In this document: piece by piece, positions 1 to 15,632 of the stretch
Layout: each line of letters begins with the position of its first letter
How positions within the stretch are numbered: the first letter of the stretch is position 1
DNA from: Laetmonice hystrix
Taxonomy: Eukaryota
DNA: 64,000 nt
Direction of reading: 5' to 3'
Assembly: GCA_965235115.1 (NCBI GenBank)
Contig: OZ249436.1
Location: 48,920,001-48,984,000 of the forward strand
Notes under the pieces: generated by a model
The model's database searches: none
Seen by the model: only the letters and a program-made list of their open reading frames with translations
Told to the model about the DNA's origin: nothing
Translations under genes and position numbers: made by a program

Positions 1-897
1 GGGGTATGTGTCACGCCGTGTGTTCACAAGGACGGCTCCCTTTACCCCGATTATTACACCCCAAACACCTGGCCTGAATATACACATGGGTATATCGATT
101 TACGAGCTGTGTGCCGCCCGCCGTACGGACTGTTGGGCGGTCCGGGGTTGAGGGGAGGTGACCACCCGTGTCCACGTGTCGTCTTGTCGTGCCCCCCCCC
201 CCCCAAACTGCCAACCCCGTGCGCATGTCATTAATGTTCATACAAGTAAAAAAAAAATAAAAAATGAACAAACAATTTGGTCATGGTCACTAAATCCAAA
301 TTTAAACACGGTGAATCGAATTAAGCTACTAGTATTTGGACGATATGAATTTGCAACGTCTATCAACTTTAACCGTTTAGGAAACTTGATGGTAGAATAT
401 TATTCAGTTCAAATGTGTAATTTTTTAACCATGCCGTATTTATTCACTTACAATGAGTTTGAATTTTTGCAATCTGCTTGTGCCCATCACAACTCTGTAA
501 TATTAATCTTTCTAATTTTAAACTTTAACGGCATTCAGAATATATCCTCCATAGCACCATGGGGAATTAGGCACTCCTCCGCCCCGAGTGTAAGAAATTG
601 TTTAATTAGGACACACCATTTATCAATGTTTGAGATGGCAGGAATTAGTAGCAGCATTGTCTGCTGAAATTTGACGGAGCATCTTTAGTGTATATGAAAA
701 GAAAATAGGTTTAGTGTGAGATTGCGGGAGGTCCTCCATAGATGGAGAGATTACATTCAGGTTCAGGCCGGTGGAACTGAGATCTCCATGCAGATGCCGG
801 GAAATAGCAACCTTACAAAATAAAATAAAAATGCGGGGGGCGGGGGCACTGGACCCCCCCCCCCCGACATGAACGCCTCGCAGTCCGGCGCTGGCGG

Positions 898-1058
898 CCT
901 TCCATGGAACCCTTCCATGGAACCCTTCCATGGAACCCTTCCGTGGAGCCCTTCCGTGGAGCCCTTCCATGGAAACCGTCCGTGGAAACCTTCCATGGAA
1001 ACCTTTCATGGAACCCTTCCATGGAAACATTCCATGGAAACATTCCATGGAAACCTTC
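898..1058. repeat. 13-14-bp minisatellite with palindromic core TTCCATGGAA
   Basis: About 12 copies of CCTTCCATGGAAC variants. Confidence 0.9.
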
Positions 1059-2307
1059 AATAGAAATCCTGAGGTTTGTATCAATCACTACTTCCAAATA
1101 AAAAGTCCGGTGGCCTCTCCGTTTACGGACTGCTGCACAGCGACACGCGGCATGCGCCCTTCAAAGACAGGGGTGGGTGTGGAGGGTGGAAGCTGGGAGG
1201 GGGAGGGGACGTAGGGGCAGGGAGGGCAGGGGGGCGGGGCAGGGGGGAGCGATGACCGGACCAAACAGACCATGATGGCGGGCGCGCGACGCAAACCGCC
1301 ACTCTGAGAACCAGGGCAGGTGCGCCCACCTCCACCCCACCCCCAAACCCCCACCCCCGAACCCCCACCCCGAACCCCCACCCCGAACCCCCACCCCCGA
1401 ACCCCCACGCGACAGCTGTCATACCCGCCAATTATCTTTGTCATCACGAGGCAGAGAGCCCGCCAAAAGTACCTCTCTACACTTTACCAGTTGAAACACC
1501 TTGAACAACATTTAGGGTCGCATCTGGTGTATTTAGTGGTAGAGGCCATTATCGACTTGGAGGTCGGTGGTTTCTGCACCCTCATTACCACATTATTACA
1601 ATACGAGGGTTTGGTTAAAAAGGCGCCTGGAGCCAAGACACTTTAATGGGGAATATTACTGTACATTAAAATTAATTGTCTATGCGTCCTGGAAATATAA
1701 CTTATAACTGTACAGTTGAGGTTTTGTTCTTAGAGTTGCAAGAAAATAAAGTGCTTTCAGGCATGACTTGATGTATGGCTGCCTATATAGATAATAGTGT
1801 TCTAATTTTGAATATTATGTGGCAGAATTGACACATGCCCGCTTCCCTCCACCCCAACCCACCCCACCCCACCCCACCACACCACACCATACCCCACCCT
1901 GGGCCCAGACGTGGACGCCATACCAGCAAAGATGGGTGGACCACTTATACGTTTAATAGTGGCAATTAGATCGCCATGCAATATGCTATTCGAGAGATTT
2001 TCACAAACACAGATATATTGACAAGCCAGCCTCGGGCGAGGTACGACCCTCTGATATATTGTAACAGAAGGTGTGTCAATATGATTGACAGCTGAAGCGA
2101 AAAGCAGTTATTTTGTGTCAACATGATTGACAACTGAGGTGAAAAACACATATTGACAATACATGTAATGTTTTGATCGGTGTAAAAGTTGGGAATATTA
2201 TGACCTATAGGATAATGCCTATTCAAGTGTGACTGCAGACGTGTACGTGCACATTATGATAGGCCTTCATCAATTATAGTTTGTAACACAAATACAAACG
2301 CACACAC

Positions 2308-2574
2308 CAGTGGCGGATCCAGGGGGCGCAGGGGGCGCGCACACCCTCCTATTTTGGGCAGAATGGTCTTTAAAATCTGGTAGTAGCTAGGGGCCTCAAT
2401 TAATGGTCGAAACATGAAACAGACTTTAATTCCCGTATTGCATCAAGCTTTTAGATCATAAGACATAAAGAAAGCCATCCGATTAGATTACTATATGACC
2501 TGCCCCCCCCCTCCCCTTCCACAGTTGCCCCCCCCCCCCCCCCCCCCCAACCACGAATCCTGGCCCCGCCATTC
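2308..2574. mobile_element. MITE of the same family (older copy)
   Basis: CAGTGGCGGATCCAGG ... CCTGGCCCCGCCATTC; TSD CACAC. Confidence 0.7.
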
Positions 2575-5500
2575 CACACCCAATGTCAATATATTACAAC
2601 CAGAGTATAACCTCCTTGCTGTTATGTATACCGATATGATACAGCCTATACTGATAGCCACTGTGGGAATCCCCGTGTTATTTCTTAACACTGCGGTCAC
2701 AAGAAACCCCAACGCGTGTCTCTCTGTCAAACTGTTTTCCCAGGCCTGGTTATATCGTTAATATCATTGGCGGGGCGTATACCTAATTATTACCGTCTAT
2801 ATAGATAGGGTCAGGGGTTTCCCCGGAGTGCAGGCCGAGTCGATAAAACTCCCGTGGTGTAAACTCAGTGACCTAAACAGTCCAAGTTTTCATGTACTCG
2901 TCTTACTATCCGATGGTACAGTATGTGTCACATCACGTACAACCATGCACCCCCAGGTGGTAAGTCACAATAACAAGCCAATATATAATGTAACTAGGTT
3001 ATATAGGGTCAATTACATAAAATTGCTGGTATTTATAACTTGATATTCCTTTGAGAATCGTGCCACAGACACAGTTCCCGAAGTACCCGCCATTTCAGTC
3101 CCTTTTGCCTATACTACTGATGTACTGTGGCTCGAATCCGCGGATCGAAACACAACAATCGCCTGATAATGCCATCTATTCTAGGCTACTCATGTAGATC
3201 CATGTATTAGGCCTATCCTATATAACTTCATAATAACCAGGGGCGGATCTAGGGTCTACATTCGGGGGGGGGGGGGGGGTCCTAGGGGGGTCCAGCATAA
3301 AAAGGGCAAATCGAGGGGGGGGGGGGTCCGTTGCAAAAACAATAAGGCATTTTGGTTATAAAAAATTAAATTTGGCAAATTTGAGGGGGAGGGGGGGGGG
3401 GTCCGGACGTCGCCGACACCCCCCCCCCCCTAGACGGGAGCAGTTAATGTGTTTATCATATAAAACGACCTGTTAACTCTGACACAGTAGGGACTTTCCC
3501 TTTAATTTGTTACACTCTTTTTTGTCCTTGAGATGTAACGCACAAAGGGGCTGTCAGATGGCACTTTACACTTAGCACATTTTTAACTGCATTGTTGGTA
3601 TCTTTGAGTTAATGAATTTCCGGCGGTGTAGACTATGAGTCGCCCACCACATGCATGACTCTGTAATTATACAGACAGAGATTAATGAGCGGCCATTTAG
3701 GTAAATTACGACCATTAAAACAAGAAGCTTTAGATCTAACTTCTTATAGTGTTATAATGTATAACGTAGGCCTATAAAGTAGCAGCGGTGATATACTTAT
3801 CATTCGTGATTTTCAAAGTGTATCCCGCACACCCTATAACAGTTAGAAATAATCTAGGCCTACTGTAGGCCTAGGAGTTTATTAAAACTATCCTCTTAGA
3901 TAAACAACAGAATCAGATCCGACAATAGGCCTACTTCCTGAATGGATAAAAAGCTTGAAACTTTACCACATATCGTGGAATAACTGATACGGGACATAAA
4001 AATACGACCGGATGTTTCGAGTCTGTCACTTACGTTCTCCAATTGTAGATATAGGTTATCTCTCCTGTCTTGATCTTTCTGCTCCTTTAATCTTTAATCA
4101 AGTGCACAAAGTCTGTGCACGCTGAAATATTCTGTTCGTTACTGTGCCCAGGACGAAGAAAATATATAAAATCAAACGCTATAAAAGGCATACGACTGAC
4201 TTCAATGTTTCATCCCGAAAATAGCAATACCTAGTTCAACCAGGATGTGATAGAGACAGCGCACAAATCGATGCTCACCGATTGTGTACTTAAAAAGATA
4301 TTAACTAATCATGTCAATAACGCGACTGTCACGTCGGCGGACGTTTTCATCGACCTCCTCACAACAGACAACCCGGACGTTGGGCCGAATCCCCCCGTGG
4401 ACCGGGTATAGCTGTCTGACAGCCATGGTTGGGGAAAACCACAATATCCAGGGCCGCTATTCTCAACATCCGGGTTCGAATGTCAGGCATCCATTATTGC
4501 TCTCACTAATCTCAAAACGTGGGAACGTTTTCACAGATATAGACGTGATAAATCACTGGAAGATTATGTCCTAACACTAAAAGAAGAACCCAGGTAATAA
4601 AATTAATAAGATCAGACGATAGATCCTACAACATAGCCTACTCCATGGCTCGTAATGCTGAGCTCCTCGTATTAACTCAAATCAGGGGCGTCGGTAGGCC
4701 TAGGGCCTATTCACTGCAGCTCCGGGTAGAAAAGAGAAAATTAAACTCCAAAAGCGAAATTCAGTAAAATACCCAAATTATACTCGCTATAGATCTACTG
4801 GCATTAGAAATATTAAGATCCTTCGGAAAATAAAGATGTAGAATAATCATTTAGATGTTTCACTTGGACCAAATTATTTTTTTCTAAACCAAGCACATTT
4901 TGTAATCGCAGATACCTTACGCTTTGAAATGACGCATTCGTAGGCTTAGATCTACCTATATAGGCCTATCCGTCATAATGTTTTGTGTTCACAAATCCTA
5001 TGAACTTATCCATGTATAGGCCAAGTAGCCTATAATTTAGTCTGCCAGACTAAAGCTATAGTTTTGGCTCAGGATAGAGATGTTCGAAACCATGCAGTAA
5101 CAGCCGATTAAGATAAGAAAGGTAATAGTCTTATCGGCCATTCATATAGCTAGATATATTAAGTAGGCCTACCCTTGAGCTGATTTAAAATATTCATGAG
5201 ACCACAAAGAAGTTGCTTCTAAAGACGTTTAACACTGTCCAGACAGGATAGGTCATAGAAGGTGCGGAGACGCATAGCCAACATGTTTGTGGTGACTGTT
5301 TTTTATTTACTTATTTTTTGGTAACATTCACCCATATAGGCATGATAGAGGCCTCTTACTTTTAAAAAAACTTTGGAATTTATGTCTATTCTAATGCCCC
5401 TTGTCACCACAGACATTTTCACTGGAATGAGACGCGGGGAGAGGGGGGGGGGGGCTGAAATCGAGGGGCCAGTCTTGTTGGCTTCACTCGCTGTGGTTAA

Positions 5501-5793
5501 CCACATGCGATTCGCGACGACATAGTTTCGGACGGGGAACATGACATAAAAATCAGACCGATGAGTTTTGTACTGAAGTCCAATGATGATCAGTACCACG
5601 TCTCATGGGTTTCCTCTAACGACAACCGTTGGTCAAAACCAAACGTTGTCACCAATGGCATTGGGAGAATATCTACGTGATTTTGATGTTCCGAAATGAC
5701 GTAATGTCATGCTATCCTCGAGCTTCGCCCCACCCCTCCCTCCAAGACCAGCTCCATGCATTCCCATGCATTCCCAACCGTTACTTGTTGAAA

Positions 5794-8700
5794 CACTTGA
5801 CATACTGCTGTCCAGACTTCCCCAGAACTCACCACTTGACATACTGCTGCCCAGACTTCCCCAGGACTCACCACTTGACATACTGCTGCCCAGACTTCCC
5901 CAGAACTAAACACTTGACATACTGCTGCCCAGACTTCCCCAGAACTCAACACTTGACATACTGCTGTCCAGACTTCCCTAGAACTCATCACTTGACATCC
6001 TGCTGCAAATACTTCCCCAGAACTCAACACTTGACATACTGCTGCCCAGACTTCCCCAGAACTCAACACTTGACATACTGCTGTCCAGACTTCCCTAGAA
6101 CTCATCACTTGACATCCTGCTGCAAATACTTCCCCAGAACTCAACACTTGACATACTGCTGCCCAGACTTCCCCACAACTCAACACTTGACATCCTGCTG
6201 CCCAGACTTCCCCAGAACTCAACACTTGACATCCTGCTGCAAATACTTCCCCAGAACTCAACACTTGACATACTGCTGCCCAGACTTCCCCAGAACTCAA
6301 CAATTGACATACTGCTGCCCAGACTTCCCCAGAACTCAACACTTGACATACTGCTGCCCAGACTTCCCCAGAACTCAACACTTGACATCCTGCTGCAAAT
6401 ACTTCCCCAGAACTCAACACTTGACATACTGCTGCCCAGACTTCCCTAGAACTCAACACTTGACATCCTGCTGCCCAGACTTCCCCAGAACTCAACACCT
6501 GACATGCTGCTGCCCAGACTTCCCCAGAACTCAACACTTGACATCCTACTGCCCAGACTTCCCCAGAACTCAACACTTGACATCCTGCTGCCCAGACTTC
6601 CCCAGAACTCAACACTTGACATGCTGCTGCCCAGACTTCCCCAGAACTCAACACTTGACATACTGCTGCCCAGACTTCCCCAGAACTCAACACTTGACAT
6701 CCTGCTGCCCAGACTTCCCCAGAACTCAACACTTGACATACTGCTGCCCAGACTTCCCCAGAACTCAACACTTGACATCCTGCTGCAAATACTTCCCCAG
6801 AACTCAACACTTGACATACTGCTGCCCAGACTTCCCTAGAACTCAACACTTGACATCCTGCTGCCCAGACTTCCCCAGAACTCAACACTTGACATACTGC
6901 TGCCCAGACTTCCCCAGAACTCAACACTTGACATACTGCTGCCCAGACTTCCCCAGAACTCATCACTTGACATCCTGCTGCCCAGACTTCCCCAGAACTC
7001 AACACTTGACATACTGCTGCCCAGACTTCCCCAGAACTCATCACTTGACATCCTGCTGCCCAGACTTCCCCAGAACTCATCACTTGACATCCTGCTGCCC
7101 AGACTTCCCCAGAACTCAACACTTGACATACTGCTGCCCAGACTTCCCCAGAACTCAACACTTGACATACTGCTGTCCAGACTTCCCCAGAACTAAACAC
7201 TTGACATACTGCTGCCCAGACTTCCCCAGAACTCAACACTTGACATACTGCTGCCCAGACTTCCCCAGAACTCAACACTTGACATACTGCTGCCCAGACT
7301 TCCCTAGAACTCAACACTTGACATCCTGCTGCCCAGACTTCCCCAGAACTCAACACTTGACATACTGCTGCCCAGACTTCCCCAGAACTCAACACTTGAC
7401 ATACTGCTGCCCAGACTTCCCCAGAACTCAACACTTGACATACTGCTGCCCAGACTTCCCCAGAACTCAACACTTGACATGCTGCTGCCCAGACTTCCCC
7501 AGAACTCAACACTTGACATACTGCTGCCCAGACTTCCCTAGAACTCAACACTTGACATCCTGCTGCCCAGACTTCCCCAGAACTCAACACTTGACATACT
7601 GCTGTCCAGACTTCCCTAGAACTCAACACTTGACATACTGCTGCCCAGACTTCCCTAGAACTCAACACTTGACATCCTGCTGCAAATACTTCCCCAGAAC
7701 TCAACACTTGACATACTGCTGCCCAGACTTCCCTAGAACTCAACACTTGACATACTGCTGCCCAGACTTCCCCAGAACTCATCACTTGACATCCTGCTGC
7801 CCAGACTTCCCCAGAACTCAACACTTGACATACTGCTGCCCAGACTTCCCTAGAACTCAACACTTGACATCCTGCTGCCCAGACTTCCCCAGAACTCAAC
7901 ACTTGACATCCTGCTGCCCAGACTTCCCCAGAACTCAACACTTGACATACTGCTGCCAACACTTCCCCAGAACTCAACACTTGACATACTGCTGCCCAGA
8001 CTTCATCAGAACTCAACACTTGACATACTGCTGCCCAGACTTCCCCAGAACTCAACACTTGACATACTGCTGCCCAGACTTCCCTAGAACTCAACACTTG
8101 ACATACTGCTGCCCAGACTTCCCCAGAACTCAACACTTGACATACTGCTACCCAGACTTCCCCAGAACTCAACACTTGACATACTGCTGCCCAGACTTCC
8201 CCAGAACTCAACACTTGACATGCTGCTGCCCAGACTTCCCCAGAACTCAACACTTGACATACTGCTGCCCAGACTTCCCTAGAACTCAACACTTGACATC
8301 CTGCTGCCCAGACTTCCCCAGAACTCAACACTTGACATACTGCTACCCAGACTTCCCCAGAACTCAACACTTGACATACTGCTGCCCAGACTTCCCCAGA
8401 ACTCAACACTTGACATACTGCTGCCCAGACTTCCCCAGAACTCAACACTTGACATACTGCTACCCAGACTTCCCCAGAACTCAACACTTGACATACTGCT
8501 GCCCAGACTTCCCCAGAACTCAACACTTGACATACTGCTACCCAGACTTCCCCAGAACTCAACACTTGACATCCTGCTGCCCAGACTTCCCCAGAACTCA
8601 ACACTTGACATACTGCTGCCCAGACTTCCCCAGAACTCAACACTTGACATACTGCTACCCAGACTTCCCCAGAACTCAACACTTGACATCCTGCTGCAAA

Positions 8701-11700
8701 TACTTCCCCAGAACTCAACACTTGACATACTGCTGCCCAGACTTCCCTAGAACTCAACACTTGACATCCTGCTGCCCAGACTTCCCCAGAACTCAACACT
8801 TGACATGCTGCTGCCCAGACTTCCCCAGAACTCAACACTTGACATACTGCTGCCCAGACTTCCCCAGAACTCAACACTTGACATACTGCTACCCAGACTT
8901 CCCCAGAACTCAACACTTGACATCCTGCTGCAAATACTTCCCCAGAACTCAACACTTGACATACTGCTGCCCAGACTTCCCCAGAACTCAACACCTGACA
9001 TGCTGCTGCCCAGACTTCCCCAGAACTCAACACTTGACATACTGCTGCCCAGACTTCCCCAGAACTCAACACTTGACATACTGCTGCCCAGACTTCCCCA
9101 GAACTCAACACTTGACATCCTGTTACCCAGACTTCCCCAGCACTCAACAATTGACATACTGCTGCCCAGACTTCCCCAGAACTCAACACTTGACATACTG
9201 CTGCCCAGACTTCCCCAGAACTCAACACTTGACATCCTGTTACCCAGACTTCCCCAGCACTCAACAATTGACATACTGCTGCCCAGACTTCCCCAGAACT
9301 CAACACTTGACATACTACTGCCCAGACTTCCCCAGAACTCAACACTTGACATACTGCTGCCCAGACTTCCCCCATGACTCAACACTTGACATACTGCTGC
9401 CCAGACTTCCCCAGAACCCAACACTTGACATACTGCTGTCCAGACTTCCCCAGAACTCATCACTTGACATACTGCTGCCCAGACTTCCCCAGAACTAAAC
9501 ACTTGACATACTGCTGCCAACACTTCCCCAGAACTCAACACTTGACATACTGCTGCCCAGACTTCCCCAGAACTCAACACTTGACATCCTGCTGCCCAGA
9601 CTTCCCCAGAACTCAACACTTGACATACTGCTGCCCAGACTTCCCTAGAACTCAACACTTGACATACTGCTGCCCAGACTTCCCCAGAACTCAACACTTG
9701 ACATACTGCTACCCAGACTTCCCCAGAACTCAACACTTGACATACTGCTGCCCAGACTTCCCCAGAACTCAACACTTGACATCCTGCTGCCCAGACTTCC
9801 CCAGAACTCAACACTTGACATACTGCTGCCCAGACTTCCCTAGAACTCAACACTTGACATCCTGCTGCCCAGACTTCCCCAGAACTCAACACTTGACATG
9901 CTGCTGCCCAGACTTCCCCAGAACTCAACACTTGACATACTGCTGCCCAGACTTCCCCAGAACTCATCACTTGACATCCTGCTGCCCAGACTTCCCCAGA
10001 ACTCAACACTTGACATACTGCTGCCCAGACTTCCCTAGAACTCAACACTTGACATCCTGCTGCCCAGACTTCCCCAGAACTCAACACTTGACATGCTGCT
10101 GCCCAGACTTCCCCAGAACTCGACACTTGACATACTGCTGCCCAGACTTCCCCAGAACTCATCACTTGACATCCTGCTGCCCAGACTTCCCCAGAACTCA
10201 ACACTTGACATACTGCTGCCCAGACTTCCCCAGAACTCAACACTTGACATCCTGCTGCAAATACTTCCCCAGAACTCAACACTTGACATACTGCTGCCCA
10301 GACTTCCCCAGAACTCAACACTTGACATCCTGCTGCAAATACTTCCCCAGAACTCAACACTTGACATACTGCTGTCCAGACTTCCCCAGAACTCAACACT
10401 TGACATCCTGCTGCCCAGACTTCCCCAGAACTCAACACTTGACATACTGCTGCCAACACTTCCCAAGAACTCAACACTTGACATACTGCTGCCCAGACTT
10501 CATCAGAACTCAACACTTGACATACTGCTGCCCAGACTTCCCTAGAACTCAACACTTGACATACTGCTGCCCAGACTTCCCCAGAACTCAACACTTGACA
10601 TACTGCTACCCAGACTTCCCCAGAACTCAACACTTGACATACTGCTGCCCAGACTTCCCCAGAACTCAACACTTGACATCCTGCTGCAAATACTTCCCCA
10701 GAACTCAACACTTGACATACTGCTGCCCAGACTTCCCTAGAACTCAACACTTGACATCCTGCTGCCCAGACTTCCCCAGAACTCAACACTTGACATGCTG
10801 CTGCCCAGACTTCCCCAGAACTCAACACTTGACATACTGCTGCCCAGACTTCCCTAGAACTTAACACTTGACATCCTGCTGCCCAGACTTCCCCAGAACT
10901 CAACACTTGACATACTGCTACCCAGACTTCCCCAGAACTCAACACTTGACATACTGCTGCCCAGACTTCCCCAGAACTCAACACTTGACATCCTGCTGCA
11001 AATACTTCCCCAGAACTCAACACTTGACATACTGCTGCCCAGACTTCCCTAGAACTCAACACTTGACATCCTGCTGCAAATACTTCCCCAGAACTCAACA
11101 CTTGACATACTGCTGCCCAGACTTCCCTAGAACTCAACACTTGACATCCTGCTGCCCAGACTTCCCCAGAACTCAACACTTGACATCCTGCTGCCCAGAC
11201 TTCCCCTGAACTCAACACTTGACATACTGCTACCCAGACTTCCCCAGAACTCAACACTTGACATACTGCTGCCCAGACTTCCCCAGAACTCAACACTTGA
11301 CATCCTGCTGCAAATACTTCCCCAGAACTCAACACTTGACATACTGCTGCCCAGACTTCCCTAGAACTCAACACTTGACGTCCTGCTGCCCAGACTTCCC
11401 CAGAACTCAACACTTGACATCCTGCTGCCCAGACTTCCCCAGAACTCAACACTTGACATGCTGCTGCCCAGACTTCCCCAGAACTCAACACTTGACATAC
11501 TGCTGCCCAGACTTCCCCAGAACTCATCACTTGACATCCTGCTGCCCAGACTTCCCCAGAACTCAACACTTGACATCCTGCTGCAAATACTTCCCCAGAA
11601 CTCAACAATTGACATACTGCTGCCCAGACTTCCCTAGAACTCAACACTTGACATCCTGCTGCCCAGACTTCCCCAGAACTCAACACTTGACATACTGCTA

Positions 11701-13202
11701 CCCAGACTTCCCCAGAACTCAACACTTGACATACTGCTGCCCAGACTTCCCCAGAACTCAACACTTGACATCCTGCTGCAAATACTTCCCCAGAACTCAA
11801 CACTTGACATACTGCTGCCCAGACTTCCCCACAACTCAACACTTGACATCCTGCTGCCCAGACTTCCCCAGAACTCAACACTTGACATGCTGCTGCCCAG
11901 ACTTCCCCAGAACTCAACACTTGACATACTGCTGCCCAGACTTCCCTAGAACTCAACACTTGACATCCTGCTGCCCAGACTTCCCCAGAACTCAACACTT
12001 GACATACTGCTACCCAGACTTCCCCAGAACTCAACACTTGACATACTGCTGCCCAGACTTCCCCAGAACTCAACACTTGACATACTGCTACCCAGACTTC
12101 CCCAGAACTCAACACTTGACATACTGCTGCCCAGACTTCCCCAGAACTCAACACTTGACATCCTGCTGCAAATACTTCCCCAGAACTCAACACTTGACAT
12201 ACTGCTGCCCAGACTTCCCCACAACTCAACACTTGACATCCTGCTGCCCAGACTTCCCCAGAACTCAACACTTGACATGCTGCGGCCCAGACTTCCCCAG
12301 AACTCAACACTTGACATCCTGCTGCAAATACTTCCCCAGAACTCAACACTTGACATACTGCTGCCCAGACTTCCCCACAACTCAACACTTGACATCCTGC
12401 TGCCCAGACTTCCCCAGAACTCAACACTTGACATGCTGCTGCCCAGACTTCCCCAGAACTAAACACTTGACATACTGCTGTCCAGACTTCCCCAGAACCC
12501 ATCACTTGACATACTGCTGCCCAGACTTCCCCAGAACTCAACACTTGACATACTGCTGCCCAGACTTCCCCAGAACTCAACACTTGACATACTGCTGTCC
12601 AGACTTCCCCAGAACCCATCACTTGACATACTGCTGCCCAGACTTCCCCAGAACTCAACACTTGACATACTGCTGCCCAGACTTCCCTAGAACTCAACAC
12701 TTGACATCCTGCTGCCCAGACTTCCCCAGAACTCAACACTTGACATACTGCTACCCAGACTTCCCCAGAACTCAACACTTGACATACTGCTGCCCAGACT
12801 TCCCCAGAACTCAACACTTGACATACTGCTGCCCAGACTTCCCCAGAACTCAACACTTGACATACTGCTGCCCAGACTTCCCCAGAACTCAACACTTGAC
12901 ATACTGCTGCCCAGACTTCCCCAGAACTCAACACTTGACATACTGCTGTCCAGACTTCCCCAGAACTCAACACTTGACATCCTGCTGCAAATACTTCCCC
13001 AGAACTCAACACTTGACATCCTGCTGCCCAGACTTGCCCAGAACTCAACACATGACATACTGCTGCCCAGACTTCCCCACAACTCAACACTTGACATACT
13101 GCTGCCCAGACTTCCCCAGAACTCAACACTTGACATACTGCTGCCCAGACCTCCCCACAACTCAACACTTGACATACTGCTGCCCAGACTTCCTCAGAAC
13201 TC
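5794..13202. repeat. 39-bp satellite/minisatellite, ~190 copies
   Basis: Unit CACTTGACATACTGCTGCCCAGACTTCCCCAGAACTCAA with a small set of recurrent variants; it generates all long ORFs between 5629 and 13240. Confidence 0.97.
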
Positions 13203-15632
13203 TGCGACGAGTCCCCTGGATGCATAGAATGTCCCACTAGAGGGCATGACGATCGGCTACAGGATATCGCCCCTGACCTTCCTTTTCTTGGAATAATGAA
13301 ATAATATGATAACGATTGATAACGAACACATAACGGAATGCTAAGCTACAGGTTTTGATATTTCATAGAAAACCTATTGCCATGATAGAAGCGGACACCG
13401 CGGAAATACTCGATTGAATTTTCAATTTAAGACACGAGTGAGATTCGAACTGAGAGATGAGAGGCTCTGTGATTACCCTGTGCAAGTTAAGACCATTCAG
13501 TACGCGTTAACATTAAGTCATCAGCTCTGAGCTCCGCCCAAATAACCGAGATCATGCATATTTAACAATACGATCTGCAAATGGGCCTCGCCCAATGATG
13601 AATTAAGAGCTATTTTCAAGTCTGCTCTTACAATCTTTAGTAGTGTGGATGTTGTCCAGAAAAGGCTTATTCATTGAAGCCATATACTTCAGCTCTTCTA
13701 AAATGTTCATAAAATGGTTATTTACGAGATTTAAAACTACTATCCAATCAGATACTTTAGTAGAGCACATGCACTTACTGTATGCGTAACCTCATCATGA
13801 TTCTATATAATATCAACTAGTTGTCACTGATTCTTTATTATGTAACATTTCAGATTTCACAACTAATTTCCTCCCTTGTGTCTAATTGCAGCCGCGTTTT
13901 GTCATTTATTCAATAAATGCTTCATGCAGTATCCACACATTAGTGGCCCATCTTTAGCTGTGGGTCCAGCGCTGGGTCAGACCCATGTACAGATGGGTTA
14001 GTTTGTATGTATATCATTATTTCAAGATTAGACCATCCAAGCGTTTTATTCCCCACTCATCCTCCCGAGTCTCGCTCGGAGACTATTTATGCTGGGCTGC
14101 AATGAAACTGAAGCCATATTGCTCTTTTACGACACGGTTCATTCAGTGCAGATATTATACGGCGACACTTCTCCTCAATCCATTTCTTCATAAATCCACG
14201 GGGACTGGCAGGTCGGAACCGACCATCTGCAACCCACCTATAATATTCAGGAACAAAAAGATTAAGCTAGTTTTGAAAAAAGAAAAAGATCTCAAAATAT
14301 AGCGCCAGGGATCTGGCTATATCGACTCATGGAAAATGAGTGTGTGCATCGGTGCTGGTGGTCCTCACGATGGAAGCGGAGGGGGCGGAGGGGGGCGATG
14401 GGGGGCGGAGGGGGGCGGAGGGGAGGGGGGATGTGCCACAGCAGATTTCCAGGAAAGATGATCAACAGAGTCTAGATATTGCTGTAAAGAAAATCAGCCG
14501 TGATTATTAGTTCCAAACAAAATGTTGATTCGACGAAATTCTTATGACGGTTGATATTACTTTTACTGTATTCACCGAATGTTTCCCGCTCAAGTCCTCA
14601 AGTGTAAATATATGACACAAATAATATACGGATAGGCTAATAGAGTCTGTCTGAAAGCACTAATTATAACTCTATATATGACACAAATAATATACGTGAA
14701 CGATACATGTATGTGGAAATGGAATCATTAATTCGCAAAGGCGAAGAATTTAGGATGTAGGTTGAAGGTCATCGCTGTAATTGAGAGTTTATATATTTGA
14801 GGGTCTACTCACTGACTGCCCCTTATAAATTTATTGTTCGTGAAACTATTGGAAATGTTAAATCATGGTGAGATGGCGCTAAAGTTGATACAGCAGCCTC
14901 CAATAATTTGATCATTTTATCGTTTGTCAATTGATTGCCTGAGGTATTTCATTGTTATCGCACATAATTCAGCCTACATCTCAATATTTTGATAATGAAG
15001 GTGGAAGGAAGAATTATGATAAGAAGTACAAAGTAATAGTAATTTCCATCTGAAAATATCTTTGGTTCCTCAGTGACTATATATATAGTTTATTGACCAG
15101 ATCATGCCAGGGCAAAGCGATACAAAGTCCATTATATGCATATCAATTGATGGCGCAAATGAAAATACTACATAATATTTGTACAATTATGACCTCTATA
15201 ACCTCTGTCGCACGAGGAACCTTTATAACGTCGCCAGGTAACAGAAATTAATGGCTATCAAGACAACGAATTCTAATAATTGTGGTGAGCATATGGGAAT
15301 AGTTTTGGTTGTGTTGCCTGGCCTCAGCGGTTTTGTGGGCGTGTCAAGGAAAGAGCGCAGACCGCACCGAGGTCAAAGCGAGCGCAGGTCAACTTAATAT
15401 GACTTCCAGGAATATAGGTCATTGGGTGCAGTTTTCTGGGAAGATGTTTACTCCGTCTGCGGGCATGGAGCAGGATGACACATGCTGAGAGTCGGGTCGA
15501 TATCGTTGTCGGCTAAGTGGCACTCCACCCCCTACACCCCACCCGCAGTACCCGCCCCTATACCACCGGCCACCCAACCACCCACTACTGACCCAAGCCC
15601 GCGGCCGGGAGGGACGAGGTTACAACATTCTC

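Noticed and set aside
1487..4280. Possible spliced minus-strand gene (donor-like sites at ~4275, ~4030, ~3015, ~1487; ATG at ~3094)
   Set aside because: Exon phases could not be reconciled and no protein was recognisable; could be UTR or lncRNA exons but is unsupported.
5629..13240. 1289-, 1222-, 1496- and 673-aa ORFs as genes
   Set aside because: All derive from a 39-bp satellite open on both strands; there is no signal peptide, known domain or splice context.
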